Assembly: GCA_032718475.1 (NCBI GenBank)
Contig: JAUCBJ010006956.1
Location: 117,334 to 181,333, forward strand
DNA length: 64,000 bases
Source of the DNA: Nemertoderma westbladi
Taxonomy: Eukaryota > Animalia > Xenacoelomorpha
Direction of reading: 5' to 3'
Position numbers and translations under genes: made by a program. Below the pieces are notes generated by a model. It ran no database searches. It was not told the DNA's origin and saw only the letters and a program-made list of their open reading frames with translations. Positions 1-11,438 of the stretch are shown here, one piece after another (position 1 is the stretch's first letter; every line of letters starts with the position of its first letter).

Positions 1-156
1 AGCCTCCCTCTATAATAGCCCCCATTCACCGCATTCCCATTCATTCTCTAATTTTATTTTTAAAAGTTTTATTTATTTTCATAAAAGTTTTATTTATTTA
101 AAATTTTGTAAAATCATTCAGCGAAAATTCATAATATCAATTGACATTGCTATATA

Positions 157-381
157 ATGCCTAGTTATGAAAGATGCTTGGTTTGTAATAAAGAAATGAG
201 ACAAGACAATCTATCTCGTCATATGGAAAGACATAGAAAGGATAAACTAATGGATCCATTACCAAAGAAATTTAAAAAATCCGAAGATATTTTTAGTGAA
301 GAAGAAAAGAAAAAGAGAGTTGAACGTGATATATTAAATATAAAACAGACAATGGAAAATAAATTATTCATAAAGTTATGA
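157..381 (+). CDS. Small C2H2 zinc-finger protein (74 aa), possibly from a mobile or viral-like element
   Basis: Motif C-x2-C-x12-H-x3-H (CLVCNKEMRQDNLSRHMERH). TATATA directly abuts the ATG. The stop overlaps the next ORF start (ATGA at 378-381). Confidence 0.5.
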   Translation: MPSYERCLVCNKEMRQDNLSRHMERHRKDKLMDPLPKKFKKSEDIFSEEEKKKRVERDILNIKQTMENKLFIKL

Positions 382-1118
382 ATATTTTGAAAGGGATACA
401 AAAACAGTTACCCCTAGAAAATGATGAGAATTTGAGTGAGAAAGATGAAGAAGAAGAGGACGATGAGATGGAGAATGAAAATAGTGAGGGTCAAGATGAA
501 GTTGAAGAGAGTGAGGTTGAGAACGAAGTGAGTGAAGGTCATGAAGATGACGAAGAAAGTGAAGGTCAGGAAGAGGGTGAAGAAAGCGAAGGTCAGGAAG
601 AGAATGAAGAACAGGAAGAGGATGAAGAAAGTGAAGAACAGGAAGAGGATGACGAAAGTGAAGGTCAGAAAGAGGATGAAGAAAGTGAAGGTCAGGAAGA
701 GGACGAAGAAAGTGAAGGTCACGAAAGTGAAGAAGATGATGAAAATGATAATAATAAGGAAATATTGAAACAATTACTTGGAAATAAGAATAAATTGCGG
801 AAAATTATTAAACATTTAGAAGAGAATGATGAAAATAAAGAAGAGATATTGAGACAAATATTAGGAAACAAAAATCAAATGCGGAAATTTATTAAACAAA
901 TGGAAGAAAATGAGGAAAATAGAGAAGAGATATTAAGACAGGTTCTGGGAAATAAAAGTAAATTATTGAAAATTAATGAACAATTGAATAAAATTAAGAA
1001 ACCGTTGGTTAATGAGGAAGATGAAAGTAAAGAAAATCAACCAGCTTTTACTTATTTTCGAAGACCTATGACATCAAACTCTCGTACAGTATTTGCCCGC
1101 GCAGGCGGACGCTATTGA
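378..1118 (+). CDS. Acidic low-complexity protein (246 aa) with 9-aa EESEGQEED repeats and three ~28-aa helical repeats
   Basis: Uninterrupted ORF with in-frame 27-bp repeats, then three copies of EN.E.ILRQ.LGNKN..RK.IK. AT-rich non-coding flanks. Confidence 0.5.
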   Translation: MNILKGIQKQLPLENDENLSEKDEEEEDDEMENENSEGQDEVEESEVENEVSEGHEDDEESEGQEEGEESEGQEENEEQEEDEESEEQEEDDESEGQKEDEESEGQEEDEESEGHESEEDDENDNNKEILKQLLGNKNKLRKIIKHLEENDENKEEILRQILGNKNQMRKFIKQMEENEENREEILRQVLGNKSKLLKINEQLNKIKKPLVNEEDESKENQPAFTYFRRPMTSNSRTVFARAGGRY

Positions 1119-1146
1119 CATTTGTTTGTTTGAGTTCCTTTCATAA

Positions 1147-1305
1147 TAGTATTAGGACTATTTATCCATAACAATTATATTAGTATTAGGACTATTTATC
1201 CATAACAATTATATTGGTATTAGGAGTATTTATCCTTAATTATTATTAGTATTATAAATGTATTTGCCAACAATATTTATTGCTATTAGGTCTATTTATT
1301 CAAGA
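1147..1305. repeat. 34-bp minisatellite, about 5 decaying copies
   Basis: Unit TAGTATTAGGACTATTTATCCATAACAATTATAT repeated directly. Confidence 0.75.
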
Positions 1306-1527
1306 AATTATATGTTTTTTATAATATATTTTGGAAAATTAGTCGACTAAGTCATAATTTTTAAAACTTTAAATAAGGGTGGAGTTATTTTATAAAGTTA
1401 AGAAGAGTGAATCAATGGAGGCAACATGAAGTCTAATCTCTTGCCCTTTACTCATAAGACCGCACATTAACTCCCAAGGTTGCATACTATCACTATAGCT
1501 GGGAGAGTCAAAGCTAGTGTACAGGAA

Positions 1528-2312
1528 TGAGGAAGTGAGGGAAGTGAGGGAAGTGAGGGAAGTGAGGCAGTGAGGCAGTGAGGGAAGTGAGGGAAGTGAG
1601 GGAAGTGAGGGAAGTGAGGGAAGTGAGGGAAGTGAGGGAAGTGAGGGAAGTGAGGCAGTGAGGCAGTGAGGCAGTGAGGGAAGTGAGGGAAGTGAGGGAA
1701 GTGAGGGAAGTGAGGGAAGTGAGGGAAGTGAGGGAAGTGAGGCAGTGAGGCAGTGAGGGAAGTGAGGGAAGTGAGGGAAGTGAGGGAAGTGAGGGAGTGA
1801 GGCAGTGAGGCAGTGAGGGAAGTGAGGGAGTGAGGCAGTGAGGGAAGTGAGGGAAGTGAGGGAAGTGAGGGAAGTGAGGCAGTGGGGGAAGTGAGGGAAG
1901 TGGGGGAAGTGAGGGAAGTGAGGGAAGTGGGGGAAGTGAGGGAAATGGGGGAAGTGAGGGAAGTGAGGGAAGTGAGGGAAGTGAGGGGAGTGAGGCAGTG
2001 AGGGAAGTGAGGGAGTGAGGCAGTGAGGGAAGTGAGGGAAGTGAGGGAAGTGAGGCAGTGAGGAAGTGAGGCAGTGAGGCAGTGAGGGAAGTGAGGGAGT
2101 GAGGCAGTGAGGGAAGTGAGGGAAGTGAGGCAGTGAGGCAGGGGAAGTGAGGCAGTGGGGGAAGTGAGGGAAGTGGGGGAAGTGAGGGAAGTGAGGGAAG
2201 TGAGGGAGTGAGGGAAGTGAGGGAAGTGAGGGAAGTGAGGGAAGTGAGGGAAGTGAGGGAAGTGAGGGAGTGAGGCAGTGAGGCAGTGAGGGAAGTGAGG
2301 GAGTGAGGCAGT
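1528..2312. repeat. Simple tandem repeat (GTGAGGGAA)n mixed with (GTGAGGCA)n
   Basis: Directly visible 9- and 8-bp units. Confidence 0.97.
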
Positions 2313-2519
2313 GATTGATTGATTGATTGATTGGTTTATTGTCCATAACAATATAAATAAACTTAAACCGAAATACAAATTGAGAAACACCATACACCAA
2401 AAGCCATGTATAGACCGGTTAAACATTAACACATTTGACAAGTTGTTCTGTAACAGAACATTACGTACTTAAAAAGAAAATCACATCATCATAAATTCAA
2501 TACCGGATATCTTATCGAG

Positions 2520-5500
2520 TTATAAATTTGCTTCTTTTGCTATTTTAAAAATAAATTTGGCAACAGCTACTTGGTCTGGTAGTGAGAATAGTTCAGTTAA
2601 TGAACGCACAGGCGAGGGTAGTATATCCTCCCTAAACAAACGCGTTAGTCGACAGCTGATGAGAATGTGTTCCTCTGATTGTAGTTCACCACAGGCGCAC
2701 TTGCGATCCTCCAGTTTCACCTTTCTCCACCGCATAAACTCCACCGGTAGAGAGTGACTACCGATACGAAACCTGGACCACTCAATTCTCCAACGTTCAG
2801 GAATTATCGCTTTCTTATATACGTCGCGAGGGGGTTTTAATGTAGGGTTCATTAGTTTGTAAAGGTGTCGTTTTGTTGTTGTAGATTTCGATATTCTGCT
2901 GGTTATTGCCTCAATATGGTTTCCTAAAAAACACGCATTTAGTTGTTTCAGCTTTTCTATTTCTTTAAACATTGGCGATGAAATACTTTGAGCAATTTTT
3001 AAAGCAGCATGCAAAGGTGACTCTGGAATTACATTAATCTTCTGAAAAAACTTCCTCTGAGTATTTTTAACAAAAGCTGGTAACTCTGGAAGATCCAACT
3101 CAGTTAGGCATAAATCTAGACAAGCTGACGGACGTACATCTAACATACGCCTCACCATAGAGTTGTATAGACTCGTAATCATATTAATGTCGCCCGTTAT
3201 CCATGTCTCACATGCATACGTGATTGATGATACAATTGCTGCGTCGAATACCATTTTCTTAATATTAACAGGTACATCTGGATTCTTTTGCAGATACGAA
3301 TAGAACTTTAAGGAGTGACTTTGTTTATTTTTTGCGTGTGAGATTATTGCACTGTTGACGTCACCATCGGCAGGTATTGGCGATCCTAGATAAACATAAT
3401 TATCCGTGTGCTTTACTACCGTATCATCTATTATGAGGTCAACTCTATCTTGAGCGATGCCGTTTATTACCATGAACTTAGTTTTAGTTTTATTTAAAAC
3501 CATGCCCGAAATTTTACAGAAAGATAGCAACACGTGTAACTTCATCAGGGCCTGCTCGCGATCAGTAGCTAGGATTGCTGTATCGTCCATAAGTAGAATG
3601 CTGTGAAGATCTCTTAACCAACTGTCTAAAGGGAGAGCTTTCAATAATTTCACCAGTTCATTCATTAATAGTTTGAACAAATACCCACTTGAGAGAAGCC
3701 CCTGCCGAAGACCTTTATTTGAATCAACTATAGTTGTACCAACAATGGATTTAGTTGAAGAATACATTGCTTGTAAAGCTTTTAACATAACCTTGCCACA
3801 TCCTAAATTACATAATAAATGAAAGATATAATTTCGTTTCACATTATCAAAGGCAGTCTTGAAATCCACAAATATAATAAATAGCTTTACTTTGGATATA
3901 AACGCATACTCTGAAATTAGCCGAAGTGCTAAAATTTGTTCAGTACAGCTACGTCCTTTTGTAGCGCCAGCCTGTTCTGGTAATGGCTGCATCCAGCATT
4001 CCAATCTATCTGTTATAGACATATCATAAAGCTTACATAGCGAATCAGATAAACTTATACCCCTGTAATTCGCGCACAGCATACGGTCGCCACGTTTAAA
4101 TGCTGACACTAATTTCACAAAAGACCAAATTATAGGATAGGCACCAGATTTAAAAATAGCAGTCATCATTAGAGTTAAAGTAACCAACCATTCCAAAGGT
4201 AAAGCCTTAATAAATTCGGCTGCAATACCATCCGGACCACATGCTTTATTAGAATTCAGTTTCTTTGTATTTTTAACAATTTCATCAATCGATAGATCAC
4301 TATCCAATAAAGGAATTTCGACGGTGCTTATACACTCATCATCATCGACCGTTTTTTCATTCAGTAAATCGGTGTAGTGACGATTAAAATCGTCATCGCT
4401 AGGTCGTGTGACGTTATTATTAGAAGTACATCCACCTTCAAAAGTGCCATTCCAATTTATTGCGCGCCATAACTGTCTTGAGTCGTTTTGGTCTAACAAT
4501 TTCTGCCACCTATTGTTATCAGATATACCTGCTAAAGTGTTCTGTCTATTCGCCGACTTGCAGCATCTAGCGGCATTGTATAAGGTACTTGTGACATTAT
4601 CACACATAAGATTAATATCACCATCAGAATCCAATTGGTTGATAATTGGGGGTGTTACTGAGGCAATTGAGTTTTCAAATACAGATAACGTTGATCTATT
4701 AGGTTTAATCCCTTTTTTACAATTAACACCGCTTATAATCGATTTAGATTGTGCTGTATGATTCTGAAAGCAGTAATTATTATTCAAGGACTCAGCCCCA
4801 CGTAGTAGTTGACTACCCGATATACCGGAACATTTAATTGTAACGCTAACAGGGCTATGGTTAGATGGCAAATCTTGATCAATCCAAGTGCTAAAGTTAT
4901 AAAAATTACTTAATTCATCAGACACACTTGTAACCGGAGCAGCTACGAAGTCTAACAATGAACACCATTTATCCTTGATTTTAAAAGTTAGGTGGTTATC
5001 TAAAGTACCGCTAGGGGTAATTAACCCATTTAATAACACAACATTATTATCAATGCAAAGTTGTCTAAACATCTTCCCATTATTATTCTGTGTGGAGTCG
5101 TCGGACGGAGAATGCTTGAAATAATGACTAGTATCGAGCGACGAACCAACTCTACTATTAAAATCCCCGCCAAAAACAGTTACTGAATTAGATTTCAATT
5201 TACTTTGAATAGCGCTAAAGCTGCAAGGATCGTAATAGTTTGAAGAACTCGGAGGTATGTAACAGCCACCTATATAACCCTCACCAAGAAGCGAACATTT
5301 TAACCACAGCTGATCTTCGGTTGAGTCATCAACCGAAGAGATATAATCAACTAGGTAGGGTTTAACAAATACTGCAATACCGCCTCGATGTGCACGGCCA
5401 GGAATCCGTAGACTACGTTTAATAAGAATTAAACCTGGAATAGAAAAATTTAAACTAGTTTTTAGTTCACTTAAAAACACAATATCGAAGTTTAAGATAA

Positions 5501-5585
5501 ATGTAAGAGTTTTTTCATTATTCAATTTGTTCTTTATACCATCAACATTCCACCAAAGTATCCTAATAAGATGATCTATACATGG
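2520..5585 (-). CDS. LINE ORF2: AP endonuclease, reverse transcriptase and C-terminal Cys/His motif
   Basis: EN motifs WWNVDG (upstream of the ORF-track start), LSE, GGIAVF, YIPP, GDFNSR, SNHSPV. RT motifs KACGPDGI, NYRGISL, FVDFKTAFD, GLRQG, LMDD, YVYLG. C-terminal FRIGSHSL...C.CG...EEHILISC. Start is approximate because there is no in-frame ATG. Confidence 0.93.
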   Translation of the reverse strand, partial: PCIDHLIRILWWNVDGIKNKLNNEKTLTFILNFDIVFLSELKTSLNFSIPGLILIKRSLRIPGRAHRGGIAVFVKPYLVDYISSVDDSTEDQLWLKCSLLGEGYIGGCYIPPSSSNYYDPCSFSAIQSKLKSNSVTVFGGDFNSRVGSSLDTSHYFKHSPSDDSTQNNNGKMFRQLCIDNNVVLLNGLITPSGTLDNHLTFKIKDKWCSLLDFVAAPVTSVSDELSNFYNFSTWIDQDLPSNHSPVSVTIKCSGISGSQLLRGAESLNNNYCFQNHTAQSKSIISGVNCKKGIKPNRSTLSVFENSIASVTPPIINQLDSDGDINLMCDNVTSTLYNAARCCKSANRQNTLAGISDNNRWQKLLDQNDSRQLWRAINWNGTFEGGCTSNNNVTRPSDDDFNRHYTDLLNEKTVDDDECISTVEIPLLDSDLSIDEIVKNTKKLNSNKACGPDGIAAEFIKALPLEWLVTLTLMMTAIFKSGAYPIIWSFVKLVSAFKRGDRMLCANYRGISLSDSLCKLYDMSITDRLECWMQPLPEQAGATKGRSCTEQILALRLISEYAFISKVKLFIIFVDFKTAFDNVKRNYIFHLLCNLGCGKVMLKALQAMYSSTKSIVGTTIVDSNKGLRQGLLSSGYLFKLLMNELVKLLKALPLDSWLRDLHSILLMDDTAILATDREQALMKLHVLLSFCKISGMVLNKTKTKFMVINGIAQDRVDLIIDDTVVKHTDNYVYLGSPIPADGDVNSAIISHAKNKQSHSLKFYSYLQKNPDVPVNIKKMVFDAAIVSSITYACETWITGDINMITSLYNSMVRRMLDVRPSACLDLCLTELDLPELPAFVKNTQRKFFQKINVIPESPLHAALKIAQSISSPMFKEIEKLKQLNACFLGNHIEAITSRISKSTTTKRHLYKLMNPTLKPPRDVYKKAIIPERWRIEWSRFRIGSHSLPVEFMRWRKVKLEDRKCACGELQSEEHILISCRLTRLFREDILPSPVRSLTELFSLPDQVAVAKFIFKIAKEANL

Positions 5586-5590
5586 CTGTC

Positions 5591-6523
5591 CTAGAAAAAC
5601 TGTTTGGGCTCACGGTATAAGACAGCGTCACCACGCTTAACTGAACGGGATCTCCAGTCAATCGAGATTACAAATCCTGTATTATCTGGTTTTTTTCGCT
5701 CGTCTTCTAGCACCTTTACCAGACATCGATTGGATTCAAGTTGACGCTCGTTTAGATCTCTGCGCAAGAATACCTTACTGAACTTCGTATTCATAAGATT
5801 TTTACCGCCGGTGATTATCTTGTCTCTCGAATTCTTGGAGTCAACTGTTACCAATAAAGGACGAGGTCGAGGCTCATCTTCGGATGTTTGCCCATTAACG
5901 TTTAAAGGCGGTTTTCCAAGACGCTTAACAGCAATCAACACGGGTACATTAACTGCAGCCAAATCGGATTCTTGATGGTTTGTGGCAATCTTTATGATTT
6001 CTAAACAATTATCGCTATCTTCCTCGCTGTAAGCACCTTCTTTTAAGCCACGGACAATTAGGTTTTTTGAACGACGTTCTGAGTCAATACCGTCAAGCTG
6101 ACGTTGGTGTAGTAGTACAGCTTTCTTAGTTGAATCAAGATCATTTCTTAGATGATTGTTATCTTTACGCAAGTTACTGACCTCATCTTCCAAGGTACCA
6201 ACTTTTACACGTAACGCTCCGATTTCATCCAACTGTTTCCTAATATCAGTAATATCTTCTTTAACGCTAGAAAGTTCGCTGCGAACAGAATCTTTCACCG
6301 CAAGTTTAATATCATTTATATCGAGGGATGGCTGGGCGGAAGTACTACCGGTACCACGTAAACGTTGTGAAGTTGGTGGCGAGGCGAGTAGAGAAGAATT
6401 CTGATCGAGCAAACCCGCTGAATCGAGTGCATCATACAGACGTTCTTTCGTGACTTTACTCATGATATGCTGCTTAGACATTCCAGCCAGCTCATCCAGC
6501 GAAAGAGTTTTTGAGGAGTTCAT
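5591..6523 (-). CDS. LINE ORF1 (coiled coil plus RRM-like domain)
   Basis: Heptad coiled coil followed by RRSKNLIVRGLKE...KRLGK...RPRPLLV...FLRRDL, typical of L1-ORF1p-like RRM ORF1s. Confidence 0.88.
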   Translation of the reverse strand: MNSSKTLSLDELAGMSKQHIMSKVTKERLYDALDSAGLLDQNSSLLASPPTSQRLRGTGSTSAQPSLDINDIKLAVKDSVRSELSSVKEDITDIRKQLDEIGALRVKVGTLEDEVSNLRKDNNHLRNDLDSTKKAVLLHQRQLDGIDSERRSKNLIVRGLKEGAYSEEDSDNCLEIIKIATNHQESDLAAVNVPVLIAVKRLGKPPLNVNGQTSEDEPRPRPLLVTVDSKNSRDKIITGGKNLMNTKFSKVFLRRDLNERQLESNRCLVKVLEDERKKPDNTGFVISIDWRSRSVKRGDAVLYREPKQFF

Positions 6524-6684
6524 TGTCTTTTCCGTAATACGGTATAATTATTAATTATTGCATATATTTCAGAATTTATCCGGTATTAACAAAGTCAGGC
6601 AGTCCAGTGCAGTATTTGTCTGAAACAGCAAATTCACAGCTATAGTAGCACCAGGTGCTGTAGGCCTACTAATAATAATTAAGA

Positions 6685-9600
6685 ATGAAGAGAGAGGAAG
6701 AGAGAGGAAGAGAGAGGAAGAGAAAGGAAGAGAGAGGAAGAGAGAGGACGAGAAAGGAAGAGAGAGGAAGAGAAAGGAAGGGAGAGAAAGAGAGAGGAAG
6801 AGAGAGAAAGAGAGAGGAAGAGAAAGGAAGGGAGAGAAAGAGAGAGGAAGAGAGAGGACGAGAAAGGAAGGGAGAGAAAGAGAGAGGAAGAGAAAGGAAG
6901 AGAGAGGAAGAGAAAGGAAGAGAGATGAAGAGAGAGGAAGATAGAGGAAGAGAAAGGATGAGAGAGCAAGAGAGATGGAGAGAGAGGAAGAGAGAGGAAG
7001 AGAAAGGAAGATAGATGAATAGAGAGGAAGATAGAGGAAGAGAAAGGACGAGAGAGCAAGAGAGATGGAGAGAGAGGAAGGGAGAGAAAGAGAGAGGAAG
7101 AGAGAGGACGAGAAAGGAAGGGAGAGAAAGAGAGAGGAAGAGAAAGGAAGAGAGAGGAAGAGAGATGAAGAGAGAGGAAGAGAGAGCAAGAGAGATGGAG
7201 AGAGAGGAAGAGAGAGGAAGAGAAAGGAAGGGAGAGAAAGAGAGATGGAGAGAGAGGAAGAGAGAGGAAGAGAAAGGAAGAGAGAGAAAGAGAGAGGAAG
7301 AGAGAGGAAGAGAGAGGACGAGAAAGGAAGGGAGAGGAAGAGAAAGGAAGAGAAAGGAAGAGAGAGGAAGAGAAAGGAAGAGAGAGCAAGAGAGATGGAG
7401 AGAGAGAGGAAGAGAGAGGAAGAGAAAGGAAGAGAGAGCAAGAGAGATGGAGAGAGAGGAAGAGAGAGGAAGAGAAAGGAAGAGAGAGAAAGAGAGAGGA
7501 AGAGAGAGGACGAGAAAGGAAGGGAGAGAAAGAGAGAGGAAGAGAAAGGAAGAGAGAGGAAGAGAAAGAAAGAGAGAGCAAGAGAGATGGAGAGAGAGAG
7601 GAAGAGAGAGGAAGAGAAAGGAAGAGAGAGCAAGAGAGATGGAGAGAGAGAAAGAGAGAGGAAGAGAGAGAAAGAGAGAGGAAGAGAGAGAAAGAGAGAG
7701 GAAGAGAAAGGAAGAGAGATGAAGAGAGAGGAAGATAGAGGAAGGGAAAGGAAGAGAGAGCAAGAGAGATGGAGAGATAGGAAGAGAAAGGAAGGGAGAG
7801 GAAGAGAGAGGAAAGAGAGAGGAAGAGAAAGGAAGGGAGAGAAAGAGAGAGGAAGAGAGAGAAAGAGAGAGGAAGAGAAAGGAAGAGAAGGAAGAGAAAG
7901 GAAGAGAGATGAAGAGAGAGGAAGGGAGAGAAATAGAGAGGAAGAGAGAAAGAGAGAGGAAGAGAGAGAAAGAGAGAGGAAGAGAAAGGAAGAGAAAGGA
8001 AGAGAGAGGAAGAGAGAGGAAGATAGAGGAAGAGAAAGGAAGAGAGAGCAAGAGAGATAGAGAGAGAGAGGAAGAGAGAGAGGAAGAGAGAGGAAGAGAA
8101 AGGAAGGGAGAGAAAGATAGAGGAATAGAGAGGAAGAGAAAGGAAGGGAGAGAAAGAGAGAGGAAGAGAGAGGAAGAGAAAGGAAGAGAGATGAAGAGAG
8201 AGGAAGAGAGAGGAAGAGAAAGGAAGAGAGATGAAGAGAGAGGAAGAGAAAGAAGAGAGAGGAAGAGAAAGGAAGATAGAGGAAGATAAAGGACGAGAAA
8301 GGAATAGAGAGGAAGGTAAAGGAAGAGAGAGGAAGAGAAAGGAAGAGAAAGGAAGAGAAAGGAAGAGAGAGGAAGAGAGATGGAGAGAGAGAAGAGAAAG
8401 GAAGAGAAAGGAATAGAGAGGAAGAGAAAGGAAGAAGAGGAGGAGAGAGGAAGAGAGATGAAGAGAGAGAAGAGAGAAGAAGAGAGAGGGAGATAGAGGA
8501 AGAGAGAGGAAGAGAAAGGAATAGAAAGGAATAGAGAGGAAGGTAAAGGAAGAGAGAGGAAGAGAAAGGAAGAGAAAGGAAGAGAAAGGAAGAGAGAGGA
8601 AGAGAGATGGAGAGAGAGAACGAGAAAGGAAGAGAAAGGAATAGAGAGGAAGAGAAAGGAAGAAGAGGAGGAGAGAGGAAGAGAGATGAAGAGAGAGAAG
8701 AGAGAAGAAGAGAGAGGGAGATAGAGGAAGAGAGAGGAAGAGAAAGGAATAGAAAGGAAGAGAAAGGAAGAGAGATGAAGAGAAAGGAAGAGAAAGGAAG
8801 ATAGAGGAAGATAGAGGAAGAGAGATGGAGAGAGAGGACGAGAAAGGAAGAGAAAGGAAGAGAGAGAAAGAGAAAGGAAGACAGAGGATGGAGAGAGGAA
8901 GAGAGAGCAAGAGAGAGGAAGAGAGAGGAAGAGAGAGGAAGAGAGAGGAAGAGAAGGAAGAGGGAGGAAGAGATAGGAAGAGATAGGAAGAGTGAGGAAG
9001 AGAGAGGAAGAGAAGGGAGGAGAGAGGACGAGAGGTGACGAGAAAGGAAAAGAGATGAAGAGAGAGGAAGAGAGAGGACGAGAAAGGAAGAGAAAGGATG
9101 ATAGAGGAAGAGAGAGGAAGAGAGAGGAAAAGAGAGGAAGAGAGGGGAAGAGAAAATAAGAGAGAGGAAGAGAGAGGAAGAGAAAGGAAGAGAAAGGAAT
9201 AGAGAGGAAGAGAGATGAAGAGAGATGAAGAGAAAGTAAGATAAAGGAAGAGAGAGGAAGAGAAAGGAAGAGAGAGGAAGAGAGAGGAAGAGAGAGGAAG
9301 GGAGAGGAAGAGAAAGGAAGAGAAAGGAAGAGAAAGGAAGAGAGATGAAGAGAAAGGAAGACAGAGGATGGAGAGAGGAAGAGAGAGCAAGAGAGAGGAA
9401 GAGAGAGGAAGAGAGAGGAAGAGAAAGGAAGAGGGAGGAAGAGATAGGAAGAGATAGGAAGAGTGAGGAAGAGAGAGGAAGAGAAGGGAGGAGAGAGGAC
9501 GAGAGGTGACGAGAAAGGAAAAGAGATGAAGAGAGAGGAAGAGAGAGGACGAGAAAGGAAGAGAAAGGATGATAGAGGAAGAGAGAGGAAGAGAGAGGAA

Positions 9601-10450
9601 AAGAGAGGAAGAGAGGGGAAGAGAAAATAAGAGAGAGGAAGAGAGATGAAGAGAAAGGAAGAGAAAGGAATAGAGAGGAAGAGAGATGAAGAGAGAGGAA
9701 GAGAAAGTAAGATAAAGGAAGAGAGAGGAAGAGAAAGGAAGAGAGAGGAAGAGAGAGGAAGAGAGAGGAAGGGAGAGGAAGAGAAAGGAAGAGAAAGGAA
9801 GAGAAAGGAAGAGAGATGAAGAGAAAGGAAGAGAAAGGAAGAGAGAGGAAGATAGAGGAAGAGAGATGGAGAGAGAGGACGAGAAAGGAAGAGAAAGGAA
9901 GAGAGAGAAAGAGAAAGGAAGACAGAGGAAGAGAGAGGAAGAGAGAGCAAGAGAGAGGAAGAGAGAGGAAGAGAAAGGAAGAGATAGGAAGAGATAGGAA
10001 GAGTGAGGAAGAGAGAGGAAGAGAAGGAAGGAGAGAGGACGAGAGGTGACGAGAAAGGAAAAGAGAGGAAGAGAGAGGAAGAGAGAGGACGAGAAAGGAA
10101 GAGAAAGGATGATAGAGGAAGAGAGAGGAAGAGAGAGGAAGAGAGAGGAAGAGAAAAGAAGAGAGAGGAAGAGATAGGAAGAGAAAGGAAGAGAAAGGAA
10201 GAGAGAGGAAGAGAGATGAAGAGAGAGGAAGAGAAAGGAAGATAAGGAGGAAGAGAGAAGGAAGAGAGAGGAAGGGAGAGGAAGAGAAAGGAAGAGAGAG
10301 GAAGAGAAAGGAGGAGAAATGAAGAGAGAGGAAGAGAGAGGAAGAGAGAGAGGAAGAGAGAGGACGATAGGAGAGAGAAGAGAGAGGAAGAGAGAGGAAG
10401 AGAGATGAAGAGAGAGGAAGAGAAAGGAAGAGAGAGAGTAAGAGAAAGAG
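6685..10450. repeat. 3.8-kb polypurine tandem repeat, (AGAGAGGAAG)n with variants
   Basis: 10-bp periodicity, almost pure A/G on the plus strand, with ~480-bp higher-order duplication (8881 vs 9361). Confidence 0.97.
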
Positions 10451-11438
10451 GTCTCGATATTAAAGTCCTCATTAAATTCTGCTATAGATTAAATCAAAAA
10501 ACAATATTTGTAATTTTGTCATGGGGAGGTGGGGGGGGGGGGGGGGGGGTGGTTCTCCGGCCTTAACTGTAGAATATTCTACAGGAGACGAATATTCTAC
10601 TACACAGCAGTAGAAGTTAATAAATTCACTATTGGGATTAACTCTTAGAGGTTATTGGAACCGTAGCTCGGCGAATAAGTTCATGTTCTTGTAACTTAAT
10701 TTTTCATGGGTGTTTTGTTGCTGTTTGAATGTCCTTTTGATGTACAGTATAATATGCTTAAATAATTATATAGGTAATAATTTAGTGTGCAGCATTATTT
10801 ATTTTAATAATTTAGTGTGCAGCATTATTTATTTTAATAATTTTATAATGAAATTTATGGTGTAAATTGTGTGTAAGTTTTTCCATTAGCGTTTATTTAA
10901 TTGTATATTTATTCTTTAACCGTCAGCGCCTTTATTTGTTTTATTTGTTTTATCTTTTTTTCATTGTAAAATAAACTTGTAATATTTAATACATACAAAC
11001 TACAATAAGTAAACAAATATGTCATTTTGTATTAAAACTCGCCGCATTTTATCGTTAATTATTTTTACCTTCCCGACTCTCCATAGTTGTATCTCCAGTA
11101 TCCCTTTCAAGTTCGTCTATTATAGCCGGCAAAATAAATAATTATATTTCTTTCCTAATCAATGAATAATGTTGCGAAAAATAATTATTTTATGGAAAAA
11201 AAAAAACTTTTAGCGAGTTTTAATACTGAATTATATTCCATTAAACAAACACATCAAATTTATTTCCTACTCAAAATAATAAATCATCCACTAAATTTTC
11301 CTTCACTAAAAATAATTATTCTCCACTATTTATAATTGAATTTCCACTAAAAATAATTATTTTTGAATTATTTTTAATTTTGAGTGCACCAAATATAATT
11401 AAATTACACTAAAAATCATTTTAATTTTAATCATTTTT

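Larger units (their letters stand above)
2312..6680 (-). mobile_element. Near full-length APE-type non-LTR retrotransposon (Proto2/RTEX-like LINE)
   Basis: ORF1 plus ORF2 on the minus strand. The 3' end has AATAAA followed by an (AATC)n tail (plus strand GATT repeats, 2313-2333). The 5' boundary is approximate and the clade call is from motif recall. Confidence 0.9.

Noticed and set aside
1528-2312. Telomeric repeat array
   Set aside because: The unit GTGAGGGAA is not TTAGGG and the array is interstitial; nothing else points to a chromosome end.
1390-2441. PHF/SLP/LTS repeat ORFs
   Set aside because: Translations of the 9-bp simple repeat.
6569-10472. Very long Leu/Ser/Phe-rich and Arg/Glu-rich ORFs
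   Set aside because: Artefacts of a stop-poor polypurine repeat; open in several frames.
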